Below are positions 36,204 through 47,559 of a stretch of 64,000 bases of DNA, piece by piece (the first letter of the stretch is position 1; every line of letters starts with the position of its first letter). The DNA is from Ascoidea asiatica JCM 7603. Lineage: Eukaryota > Fungi > Ascomycota. Below the pieces are notes generated by a model that saw nothing but the letters and a program-made list of their open reading frames with translations, did no database searches and was not told the origin of the DNA. The stretch spans positions 1,072,067 through 1,136,066 of the forward strand of contig BCKQ01000004.1 in assembly GCA_001600695.1 (NCBI GenBank). Reading direction: 5' to 3'. A program made the position numbers and the translations under genes.

Positions 36204-39200
36204 TACAGTAAATAACACAACCCCCATAGGGTATCTAATATTTTTCTTTCAAGTGTTGAGTCCCAATACATATTTGAAATTTATGGTGTTATTTTCCTTT
36301 AAATTCCTCGCTTAAAGCTGACTTCTGACTTTCCATTACTTTCACTCTGGAACCACCAACCACTAAATAACTTCTCCTGTACTACAGCTAGGACTCTAAC
36401 TAGATAGTACAAATTGCAATTGAAATTATATGTCCTGGTACAATGAAAGTATCTTCAGTACCAATTATTCTTCAATGTTGTAAATTTTATTCTTGTTCCT
36501 GATTCAGTAATTTTCATAAATTGACCAGTCACTCACGTGTTAATAAAAAAAAAAGGAGTCAAATTTAAAGATAATTGATTGATGTACGTTTCTTCATTGG
36601 GTATTGCCATTAACACCACAGTACCTATCCCTACTGCATACCGATAAGTTATTTTTCGGTTTCCTCTCAAGTTATACGGAGCTTTGTCATGTTATTCAAA
36701 GCAGTTTTCCTTTTGCGGTGCTACTGCAACCAGATCAATCTACAATACTTACAAAAGAATTTTTTTTTTCCTCTTTTAAAGCTCATAAATAGAAGTCCTA
36801 AGCGGTATCCAATAGTTATAAAATACCGGTTTATTGAGGTGTTTTCAACATCTAACAAACAGCACATGAACAATTTTATTGAAAACAAGTCCTAATTTAA
36901 CAATTATCCCACGATTTCAAAACAAAATTAAATTATCAGAAAGAAAAGAATTTGGTTGCATAACTGTTTTTTTTCTTTATTTCTGCAAAACACTCAACAC
37001 CGTTGTTATTGTATTTGACTATTGTTCCGTTTTTAACGGTTTATTTACCAAATAAGAAATAAACAAACGCTGAAAGTTGTCGATTAGAAATATTTAATCT
37101 TGAGAATATTCCACTTTTTTTTACTGTTTTTTAACATACTTTACATATTTTGTATATTTTTTAATTTGTATATTTTTCATATTTGAGAAATTTAAATAAA
37201 GATACTTATACTTTATGTACATTATTATTTTTATTTTAATTTTTGAGAATGTCAATTAACTTATCTTATCACAATTAACAATAACAATAACAACAAATAA
37301 AAATTATTCTTTGAAATCTTTCTATCAAATCTTTCTTTGAAACTATTATTTCGAATTTGAGAAATTGAGAATCAAAGAATTTCAAGCCGATAATTGTTCA
37401 ATATTTCAATTGTTTAATTTTATAAATGTATAATATTTTTCGGTTGTTAATCTGAAGATAATATTACTATTATATTTATTATCAATATGGTAGTGTAAAT
37501 ACTGGTAACTGTTACTAAAATCTGAAAATCACTATTTTTGATTGATAATTCAAGTTAAATTTCAAAATATTAGCGTTTATCCTTTTTTTCATGATATTAA
37601 TAAATCGTAACGTTAATCTCAAACTAATATATTTTTAAATTGAGATTATGTCAATTTAACCAAGGTTAAAACAAAAGTAAATTAATTTACTATTAAAAAT
37701 TACTGTGGTTTCAAGAAATATTATAAAATTCAAACTTATGTCAAAGAAAGTAGAAATACTCTTGAACAAGTGAATCCCGGTGAATCCCCGTGAATTATGA
37801 TCTTTTGGTGCCGTACAAAATAATTTAAACTATGCTTTTTTTAAATTTACATAATTAATGGTACAGTATCGTAAAGCTAATACCGGATAATAATAGGGTA
37901 ATTCAATTGTACTGTAGTAAAGTCACTGCAAAACATTCCATGTGAGATCATTTTACTTATAAAACTGCCTATTAAATGTAGGCTAAAGAAATTTCCCTTG
38001 ATGATCATGTGACCTCCTGATTCTTAAAGGATTTATTCTACAATTTAAATTAATAATTCAATATATCAAGTTACATTGCAAAAAAAAAAAAAACATCATT
38101 TCATAAAAATTTACAAGAGTAGTAAGATATTGAATCATCTGTATTTAATTTCCAAACAGATTCAATATTAGTGTTACATAGCGTACTGTAGAATACTAAG
38201 AGATTTATAACTCTTCATAGCACTCCATAACATTACAATCAGTTAAAAAATATTCAAGTTTCTAAAAAAATCGTAAATTTTTTACATCATAAAAATTATT
38301 TTCAATATTTAATATTGAAAATCGAAGAACAAATATTTATCTTAAAAAAAAAAATTTCAAAAATAGGGTGAATATGTTGAACCGGTATCACTGTTTCTCC
38401 AACAAGTAAATTTGAAACAAGTACTGTATTCTAAATGTTAATACTGTATGTAGATAATCGTCTTATTTTTTGTTATTGTTATTGTTATTGTTATCCTTAT
38501 TATTGTTGTTATTATGAATAATGATAATTTGACTTGACTCGTACTAAGAATTATTAAATTTTGAAAATTAATTATTTTGATTAAAATTAATCATTTTAAT
38601 TAAAATCTACCGACGTTTCATGAAAATATGCAAATTATTTCAACATTAAGGATCAGGCTCAATGAGGTATTTTCAAGTAAAACCAACCTTAAATTCTTCA
38701 TATAGATGTAAACGCACGTAGTCTGTAATAATATTACTGTATAACACTGTCTTTAACTACCACCTTAAATAAAATTGGATTTTTTTGAAAGTTAATACGG
38801 TATACGAAAACCTTTATTAGTAAGATTACAGCTGTATACTGAATAATACATGGACATTTACTAGTTTAGTTGTTATAAAAAAAGACAATGTATGCAGTAT
38901 ACTCACACAATATTTGGGATTTTCAGCGATTTGGCGTACTATTGCGTGTTATTGAAAGTGCAAATATGTTGTTAAAAATATTTTGTCTTTTTTCAAACTT
39001 CAATAACGTTGCATTTTTCCTCAGTTGAGAAATAATTTGTACTCGATTGGTTGAAATTTTTCCTCTGTTTTAGGTTTACCTCAAAAATATTTGATCAAAA
39101 TTTAAATTGATCTGGGCCTGAATGAAATGAAAAATAATAGAAATAAAGAAAACAAAGATAGACTTGGCGTGGTTACTTTATTTGAAAAAGTTATTTGATT

Positions 39201-41875
39201 TTAAATTTCATTGAACAATCTATTTCTGAATGTTATAATATCCGTACCCTCCTTTGGAGAAATTTATTTAACAAAAGGATTGATAGATTATTTGCTTGTT
39301 TCTCTCTTTGTTTTTTTTTCTTTGTCTGGTGTTCCTTTATTTTTAATTATTCTATCTACATAAATTAGAAATCATTTTGATAAAGGTTTGATTTTTATTC
39401 AGGAGTTTCTAACTTTTGTAATCTTAGGTTTGAATTACAAGGAAATCATACTATATCAAAATAACAATTGTACTACTGTAATTTATTGATTTTTTTTAAT
39501 TATTCATATTATTAATAGTTTATTCTGCTGAATTAAAGTAATATTTTGATGAAGTAATCTGAATTACAGCTTAAATTTCATCACTTTAGGGCGAATTTCT
39601 ACTTACATTTTTATAAATGATACTTTTAAATTTCTTTTTCGTAGTTATAAGTTTCAAAATCTGAATATGAATTTCGTAACATGAAAATACAGCCTAATAC
39701 TGTAGTCACATGAGAAGTGATAATAAATAGTACTGTAGTACTACATAGAGGCTTGACCAATTTTTGGTATATTTCATATGAAGTATATTTTCTTTCAATT
39801 AAAAACTATTAAAAAACTGCTCAAAAGTTATTCAAAATTCTATATTAAAGGACATTTTATCTTGAAAACCATCTCCAGCGCGTTATCTTCTTTTTTGTTC
39901 ATGAAAAGAAACATATTTCACTTTTTTTTATTTTTTCATTTATTGAAATTGTTGCCCCATACAATTTCAGTTTACAAGAAAATAGGTGGACGCGAAATAA
40001 TATTTTTCAAACTTTCACTGTACTTTAAAACCTTTTGAAGTTATAAAATTATAGGTAGAATTTTGCTAACTTTGGGTGCTAAACTGCATGTGAATACACA
40101 ATTTATATAGTATCTTACCCTTTAGGTTTTTTCTAAGTTTGTAACTTTAACCGGCGCGATTGTTTTCTTTTAATTTTGTGCAATTTTTTTTACAGTCAAT
40201 AGGTGTACTATTACCGCTAAAAACAGACTGGTACTTAACGTTTCCGCCATAAGATACCTGATTGAGTTACTATTATTCAATTTTTCATTAAAGGCATTAC
40301 TGTGACAACGAAATTGGAAATTGGTATTTACTAATAACACTGCTGAAAAATACCGGTACTGTGATGAAATTTCATACCGAATTAATCTGAAAGTAATTAT
40401 TTTTACTCGAGTGTAGATCTACTGTGCTTAACTACTGTACAGTTCTACAGTATCATACGGGTAACTTATCATACTTATTACCTGATAAATTTTTGTATAT
40501 TACTCTACTTCAGTACTATATTCTGTTCTCTTGAGGTAAGTCTATTTGCCTGTGCAATGCTTCCCTTACAATATTAAAAAAATAAACACAGTTTATGAAT
40601 CTCAATTCATAATTAATTCTCAATTAATTAAACAAAAATTTTATTTTTTAGAAGTTGAAATCTGTTGTCTCAATTTTTCTTTTAATAATTTTTAAGATAC
40701 CCTTTTAATATGTATCAATTTATGTATGTATTAACTTTTAATTTCCAATATTTGATTTTCAATTTATCTGTTATAACCTGATATTAATATACTGTAAAAT
40801 GAAATTTTAGATGAAATTTTAAGGAATTTGAATAAATTGTATGACCTTTAATGATATGATTCTAAAATAATTATAACATAGTACAATAATACAATACAAT
40901 AATTTCGATATGATACAGTAGACCTAATAATTTATAAAATAAAAAAACCCTACAGGTTTTTTTTAAAGTATTATACCGGTATTCTTATTCCATTTTCAAT
41001 TTTTACTTTTTTTTTTATTATGATTTTCATTTCTATTTATTGTAATATTAATATTTATGTTCATAGTCATGTTCTACTACTTGTACAGTACAATACGTAA
41101 TTTAAATTCCGTTTAAAATTCCGATTGCAACGTTAAATCTTTCGAATTCCTCACTCATAAACCTAGTAGGCTTGCATGTTCAAATCTGAAATTTAAATAA
41201 AGACAAGAAATGTATCAAATTTAAGATTCTCATACTGGAAACAATGTTGACAATTACAATTACAATTACTTTTACAATCACTCATTTGTTACTATGGTAA
41301 TAAATTCTATACTATTAATTTTTACTTGTTTGTTGCTATGGTTCTGGATCTAGAGTTGATCACCCACTTTAAAAGGGTATGCTTAGTCGATTAACGTTGA
41401 TCAATGAATGAATGAATGTTACTAAATAGCACACAGGATTCTAATTATCTTACGTTAACCTAATTAATTTAATTAACTTGATCAACTTGTTTAACTTAAT
41501 TAGTCTAATTAGCTTAATTGAACTAAATAAATTAATAAACTTAATTTTTTATTCAACATCTTTTATTTATTCAATTTTTTTTACAAAATATACTGAAATA
41601 ATTTACTTATTCAATTTAAATACCTTACGTTAACTTTACTTCAAAGTAAATAAATCAAAAATGAAAGCGAAAATAAAAGAGATATGTATACACTAAATTA
41701 ATTATCTAATTAATAAACTGTAGTAATTAAATAATAATTAACAAGTATCAAAACACTAAATCTTGAAGTGAAGTGAAATTCACCTTTTTTTACATCTCTT
41801 CACTGGCTCTTCAACCAACAACTTATGCTGCTTAACTACAGTAACGTTTCTAGATCTTAATAAATACGTACTGTA
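36204..41875. other. Dispersed cluster of palindromic TACWGTA motifs in a gene-free region
   Basis: 17 exact copies located by eye (listed under findings). Confidence 0.75.
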
Positions 41876-41885
41876 GCCAAGTATG

Positions 41886-41911
41886 CTCAACTCAACTCAA
41901 CTCAACTCAAC
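41886..41911. repeat. (CTCAA)5 microsatellite
   Basis: Five direct copies of ctcaa. Confidence 0.9.
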
Positions 41912-42808
41912 CTCACTACGGTAGTAGCATCACCGTAACATAATTTCTGTTGTAAGTTGCTTGTTAGCCTTAGCAAAGTGCATTTCTACCTTCTTCTTCT
42001 ACTTACCGCTGCAATTTTCAATCACTCCCATTTAGTTTTTCAAAATGCAAAAAACTTTTATATTCTATAAATATCAATAATTTCCTCACTTTAAATTCTA
42101 TTCAATTATTTCAAGATTTATTTTTTTATTTTTATTATCTATCATTTTATTTCATTTATTTTTACTTGAATTATCTTTACTCATATTATATATTCATATT
42201 TATATATATTATTTATATATATTTATAATATATTAATATATTATAACAAAATATAGTATAATATAATTAAAAAGCTATTTAGTCATCTTAAAATCCAATA
42301 AAATCATCAAAAAAAAAAAATAAAAAAAAGTCCAACTCAATTTAAAAAAAGTCACAAGAATAAATTATTTCATAATTTTTTCATTTTTTCATATTTTTAT
42401 ATTTTCATAATTCTCATAATTTTCGTCATTTTCTTCATTTTATAACCTCATATTATACTATATTATACAAATCCCCAAAAAAAATCAAAAAAAAAAAAAA
42501 ATATAATAATATCAACTATTATTTTTCAAATCAATCTTCTTACGACCTATATTATAATATATTATTAATATTAATAGTAAAATTAATTCCTATACTTTAT
42601 CATTTAAATCTAATTTTTCTTATTTCTTCCTTTTTCAGTTTTTAGTTTTTATTTATAACTTATTCCTCTTTTGCTATATTAAATTACTAAAAGTTCTTCA
42701 GTAACAAAAAAAATCGATAAAATAAACAAATTCAAATTCAAATTCAAAAAAAAATAACTTCAAGCAAACAAAAAAAAAGCTAAATTACTCTTATTCAACT
42801 TATTTATC

Positions 42809-45800
42809 ATGACTCTTTATGACCAAGCTAATTATAATTTTCATAATTATACTTTGAATCAAAATAATTCAATTATCAATCAATCTGGTAGTTCAAATGA
42901 TTCAAATGATATTAATCATATGAATAATGTTAATAATGTCAACAATCAAAACTTTAATATGAATAATATGAATGTTAATGCTAATGCTAATTCAAATGTT
43001 AATGTTACTTCTAATAATGGAAATTCAAACTCTTTTTTCAACTCAAATTTTACTTTAAATTCTAATTCAAATATTTCAAATGAATTTAACTCAACTGATT
43101 TTAATTCGAATGAATTTAATCCTTTATTACACCAATCAAATTCAAATAATACTTTAAGATCTCAACCTTCAATTAATTCAATTAATGAACCAATTACTCC
43201 TTTACATCAATCTCAAATTTCTCAATCTCAATTTCAAAATTACTCTTATCAAAAGAATTTTAATAATATTAATACTAATGTTAATAATAATTCCATGAAT
43301 AATATGAATTTAAATTCAACAAGACATTCATCTTTTGCTTTACCAAATCATTTTCAATCACAATCTTTATCTCAAAATAATCTTAATTTAAATTTTTCTT
43401 CTTTAAATATCAATGATTCTTTACCATTAAATAATAACAATATTATTAATAATAATATTAATTCTTCAGATTCTTCATTAGATTCAAGATCTTTAAGTTT
43501 TTCTTCTAATATTTTAAATTCAAATGAATCAACTTCTTCTTTAAATTCAAGCCAAAGTCCAGTTAATGATTTAGGCTTAAGAAATGTTATTTCTTACAAG
43601 GATTTGAAAAATACAATTCCAACTTTAGGTTACTATGGTAGAAGACAATCTGTTGCCACTACCAAGCTTTCAAATTCAAATATGAATGGTAACATGAATG
43701 GTAATATCAATGTTAATAACGTTAATAATATTAATGGTTCAAACACTGGTAATATTAATTACAATAGCAATAATTTTAATAATAATAGTTTTGTCAACAA
43801 TAATAATTCCAGTAATGGTAATATCAATACTAACGTTAATGATTTCAATATCAATCATTCTCGCAATTATTCTCATTCAAGTAATTCTCAATATGTTGAT
43901 CAATACCAAAATCAAAGAGCTCCAACTCATTCTAATTCCATTTCAAATATGGGTTTAAATGTTTCAAACAATGTTTCTAATACTTTAAATAATAGAGCTT
44001 CAAATAGTTCCGTTAATAATATTAATAATCATTTACAATTTCAACTTCAAGCTCAACAACAAAATCAACAACATCAATTAATCAATCGTACTTCTGATCC
44101 TTTATTATTTCAAAATTATAATAATTCTAATGTTACTCCAGTTGAGAATAATTTCAATTCTTTTAATAGAACAAATTATAATGATTCTAATATGCCACAA
44201 TCTGCTGGTTCAATTAATTCATTTAATAACTTTAATCCAAATATTTATAATCAATCATCAGAAATTAATCCAAACTTACAAATTAATACTTCAAATGATT
44301 TATATATGAATAGAAACAATTATTCTCAAGTTTCTCCAGTTAATATTCAACGAGCTAATGGAATGGATAATTATTCTAATACCATCACTAGTCCATCAAC
44401 TATTTCTCCACGTCAATTAAATCATTTTAATTCTAATGGTAGTATTAATAACAATAATACTTATTCTTATGTTAATAATTCTTCAAATAATATTAATTCG
44501 AATTATAATAACATGGGCAACAATATGAATGTTAATCATCAAAATGGTATGAATGGAAATATTAATTCTAATATTAACTCCAATGTTAATTCAAATATGA
44601 ATAATTTTAATAACTTTCAATCAAATAATAATAGATCTTCTAATATTTCCAATGGAACCAATTCTCCAAGAAATCGTTCTAATAATTATGTTGCTAATAG
44701 AAACAATGTTAGAGTTAATAGAAATAACTCTAATCCTTATAATTCTAATGTCAATAACAATGCAAGTTCTACTTCTAGTAATTCAAATAATAGAAGTAAC
44801 AATAGAAATAATAATAACTTTAGTAATAATAGTTCTACTAATGTTAATAATAATCCAAATAGTGCAGAAGCTAAAGCAGCTAGAAAACATGAAAAGGAAA
44901 TTATTTCTAAATATTCTTCAGTACCATTTGCAAAATTAACAAGCAAGATTTATACCTTATGTAAAGATCAATATGGATGTAGATTTCTTCAAAAGAAATT
45001 AGAAGAAAATGATCCTAATATTCCTCAAATAATCTTTGGACAAATTGAACATCAAATAATTGAATTAATGATGGATGCATTTGGTAATTATCTTGTTCAA
45101 AAATTATTACCACACTTAAAAGAATATCAAATTGCATATATTATTGGTCAAGCATCTAATAGATTAATTGAAATTGCATTAGATCAACATGGTACAAGAG
45201 CTTTACAAGAAATTATTGAAATTGTTAAAGATCAAAAACAAATTAATTTAATTGTTAAAGAATTAAAAAATAATGTTGTTAGATTAATTGAAGATTTAAA
45301 TGGTAATCATGTTATTACTAAATGTCTTACATGTTTTAGTAATGATAATATTCAATTTATCATTGATGAAATTTCAGATAATTGTGTTACAGTTGCAACA
45401 CATAAACATGGATGTTGTGTTTATCAAAGATGTATGGATAAAGCAACTAAAAATCAAATGGATAAATTAGGTGAAAGAATTAGTTCAAATGCAATGATTT
45501 TAATGAAAAATCTTTATGGTAATTATGTTGTTCAACATTTATTAGAGAAAAAGATTCAAGTTTATAATGAAAAAGTTTGTGAGAAATTATATGGATATTT
45601 AAGTGAATTATCATTAGAGAAATATGCATCAAATGTTGTTGAAAAATGTTTAAAATATTGTAAAAATACAACAATCACAAATAATTTAGTTGTTGAAATT
45701 ATCTGGAGTAAAAATTTATCAGAAATTATTAAAGATTGTTATGGTAATTATGTTGTTCAAACAGCTTTTGAAGTTGCAACAGGTGATTGTAAACGTGAAA

Positions 45801-45916
45801 TTGTTGAAAAATTTAAACCAATGATTACATATATTAGAACTACACCATATTCTAAAAAAATTCAAAGTAAATTAAGTGATGTTGAACTTAGTATTGCAGC
45901 TATGAGAGAGCAATAA
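42809..45916 (+). CDS. PUF4: Pumilio/PUF RNA-binding protein, Puf4/Puf5 clade, with about 700-aa Asn-rich N-terminus
   Basis: Eight PUF repeats: GCRFLQ, GNYLVQ, GTRALQ, GNHVIT, GCCVYQ, GNYVVQ, ASNVVE, GNYVVQ. LCKDQ and HGTRALQ resemble Puf4; Puf5/Mpt5 is not excluded. Confidence 0.82.
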   Translation: MTLYDQANYNFHNYTLNQNNSIINQSGSSNDSNDINHMNNVNNVNNQNFNMNNMNVNANANSNVNVTSNNGNSNSFFNSNFTLNSNSNISNEFNSTDFNSNEFNPLLHQSNSNNTLRSQPSINSINEPITPLHQSQISQSQFQNYSYQKNFNNINTNVNNNSMNNMNLNSTRHSSFALPNHFQSQSLSQNNLNLNFSSLNINDSLPLNNNNIINNNINSSDSSLDSRSLSFSSNILNSNESTSSLNSSQSPVNDLGLRNVISYKDLKNTIPTLGYYGRRQSVATTKLSNSNMNGNMNGNINVNNVNNINGSNTGNINYNSNNFNNNSFVNNNNSSNGNINTNVNDFNINHSRNYSHSSNSQYVDQYQNQRAPTHSNSISNMGLNVSNNVSNTLNNRASNSSVNNINNHLQFQLQAQQQNQQHQLINRTSDPLLFQNYNNSNVTPVENNFNSFNRTNYNDSNMPQSAGSINSFNNFNPNIYNQSSEINPNLQINTSNDLYMNRNNYSQVSPVNIQRANGMDNYSNTITSPSTISPRQLNHFNSNGSINNNNTYSYVNNSSNNINSNYNNMGNNMNVNHQNGMNGNINSNINSNVNSNMNNFNNFQSNNNRSSNISNGTNSPRNRSNNYVANRNNVRVNRNNSNPYNSNVNNNASSTSSNSNNRSNNRNNNNFSNNSSTNVNNNPNSAEAKAARKHEKEIISKYSSVPFAKLTSKIYTLCKDQYGCRFLQKKLEENDPNIPQIIFGQIEHQIIELMMDAFGNYLVQKLLPHLKEYQIAYIIGQASNRLIEIALDQHGTRALQEIIEIVKDQKQINLIVKELKNNVVRLIEDLNGNHVITKCLTCFSNDNIQFIIDEISDNCVTVATHKHGCCVYQRCMDKATKNQMDKLGERISSNAMILMKNLYGNYVVQHLLEKKIQVYNEKVCEKLYGYLSELSLEKYASNVVEKCLKYCKNTTITNNLVVEIIWSKNLSEIIKDCYGNYVVQTAFEVATGDCKREIVEKFKPMITYIRTTPYSKKIQSKLSDVELSIAAMREQ

Positions 45917-47559
45917 TTTTTTTTTGTATTATAATAATATTATAAATATTTGTTTATGCTTTTTTCGTTAAACTTTTTCTTTTTTTTTGTCTTTATCAAA
46001 TTTTTTGTTATATTTTTTTTATCAACATCCTCCTATACTACTTACTTACTTATTATTATAATTATTATATTAATTATTTTTTTATTTATGCTTTGTTATG
46101 AACAAAATTTTTGTGTTTTTTCCCTATTTTATACTTCTATTCAATTCTATTTTATGTTAAGTTTTATAATATAATCATTCTTATCATCTTTAAATATAAA
46201 TATCAATACAAATATATCAATATAAATTCTAATTCAAATATAAATACAAATACTAATACAAATACAAAATAGTAGTTTTCATTTATACTATTTGTAAAAT
46301 AATATTTCAAATACGAATTTAAGAATTATTTACTTAGTTTTAATAAAATAAAATATTCTTGATGTTAGATTCAGTTTGATTGCAGAAAATCTATAGACTA
46401 AGGTTAAGTGTAACTTTAGAGAGAGAATACAGGTAGTTTACCTAAAGGTTAAATTTGAAAATGAGATAAAATTTATCGGTTGATACCTTTAATTAATTAA
46501 TAAAGGATAAAATTTAAAGATTAAAAAATGAAAGGCAAACAAACTTGACTCTTTCTGTGGGAATAATTAATGAATACAAAAAATACAGTTTACTAGTAAA
46601 TACTAGTTTATTATTCTAGTAGGTTATTGTTGCTTCAAATATTTTAAAAACTTGATGAATATTCAGTAAAATTAAAGATTATTAAAGGATATTTAATAAA
46701 GTGAAAATAAATGAAATGAATATGAAAAAAAGGAAGAAAAATATGAAAATAGACAAAATTACTAAAAATTGATAAATGATCAATCAATAAATACGCTCAG
46801 GTTTTAGATTAATCTTAGATTGGATGATAGAAGTGATTAGAAAACATGCGAAAACAAAAATAGCTCCTTTTTATTTTAATTAATTTTAATAATATTTGTT
46901 TTCAACTGTTTCAAGGAGACTTACTAGTTTTTAGTTACTTCTTGTTATTTTTAATTATTTTTCAAAATGTGAACAAAGAAGTGAATAAAGAAGTGAATAA
47001 AAAAAGAAATCGTCATGAGAATCTGGCCATATTTAATTCTGAGACTGGAAGTTGTTTTTTTGAGCACTGTTTGTTTGTTTGAAATATTTGAAAAGGCAGA
47101 GTCAAAAAAAAAAAAGATGAATTGTTGAAATTGTGCGGTTTGCGCCAGTTCCGAATAAATTGGAGAGTGCCTGGACCGACAGCAGCCATCCTCGGTTGAC
47201 TGCGCTTTGCCGAAGCCTGCAAATCTGTACGCCACTTTTACGCGCCACTTATTAATGCAAATTCTGCGGTTGCCGCTGTTTCATCTCCAGTCGTCTCAGT
47301 CGTGAAGGGAAGTGGTTACTAGCATGTATGGAGAGGTGTTCGTTGCAAATTCGTTTATTTAGCTACTATGTGGTACCCTTAATAATTAAATCCGGTTAAT
47401 TCTTGTGATTCATGTTTTTTTTTTAAATCAAATTTATCAATTCCGGTAAGTTTCCTAAAACGGAAACAACAGTATTCATACTGCAAACTATCCACTTTGG
47501 TGAGATATAATGATATTATATTTTCATAAAAAAATGAAAAAATGCTATAGAAAGAAAAA

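Noticed and set aside
38574-38606. Imperfect AT-only inverted repeat (similar ones near 40941-40964 and 41455-41520)
   Set aside because: Low-complexity A/T arms are expected by chance at this composition.
39705-39712. GTCACATG (CDEI-like, also reversed at 38006) suggesting a point centromere
   Set aside because: No CDEIII consensus at a suitable distance and no near-pure AT CDEII spacer; more likely ordinary E-boxes.
40536-42701. Possible long 5' intron of the PUF gene (GTAAGT at 40536; TACTAAA...CAG near 42685-42701), by analogy with MPT5
   Set aside because: Non-canonical branch point and no supporting exon; would need RNA-seq.
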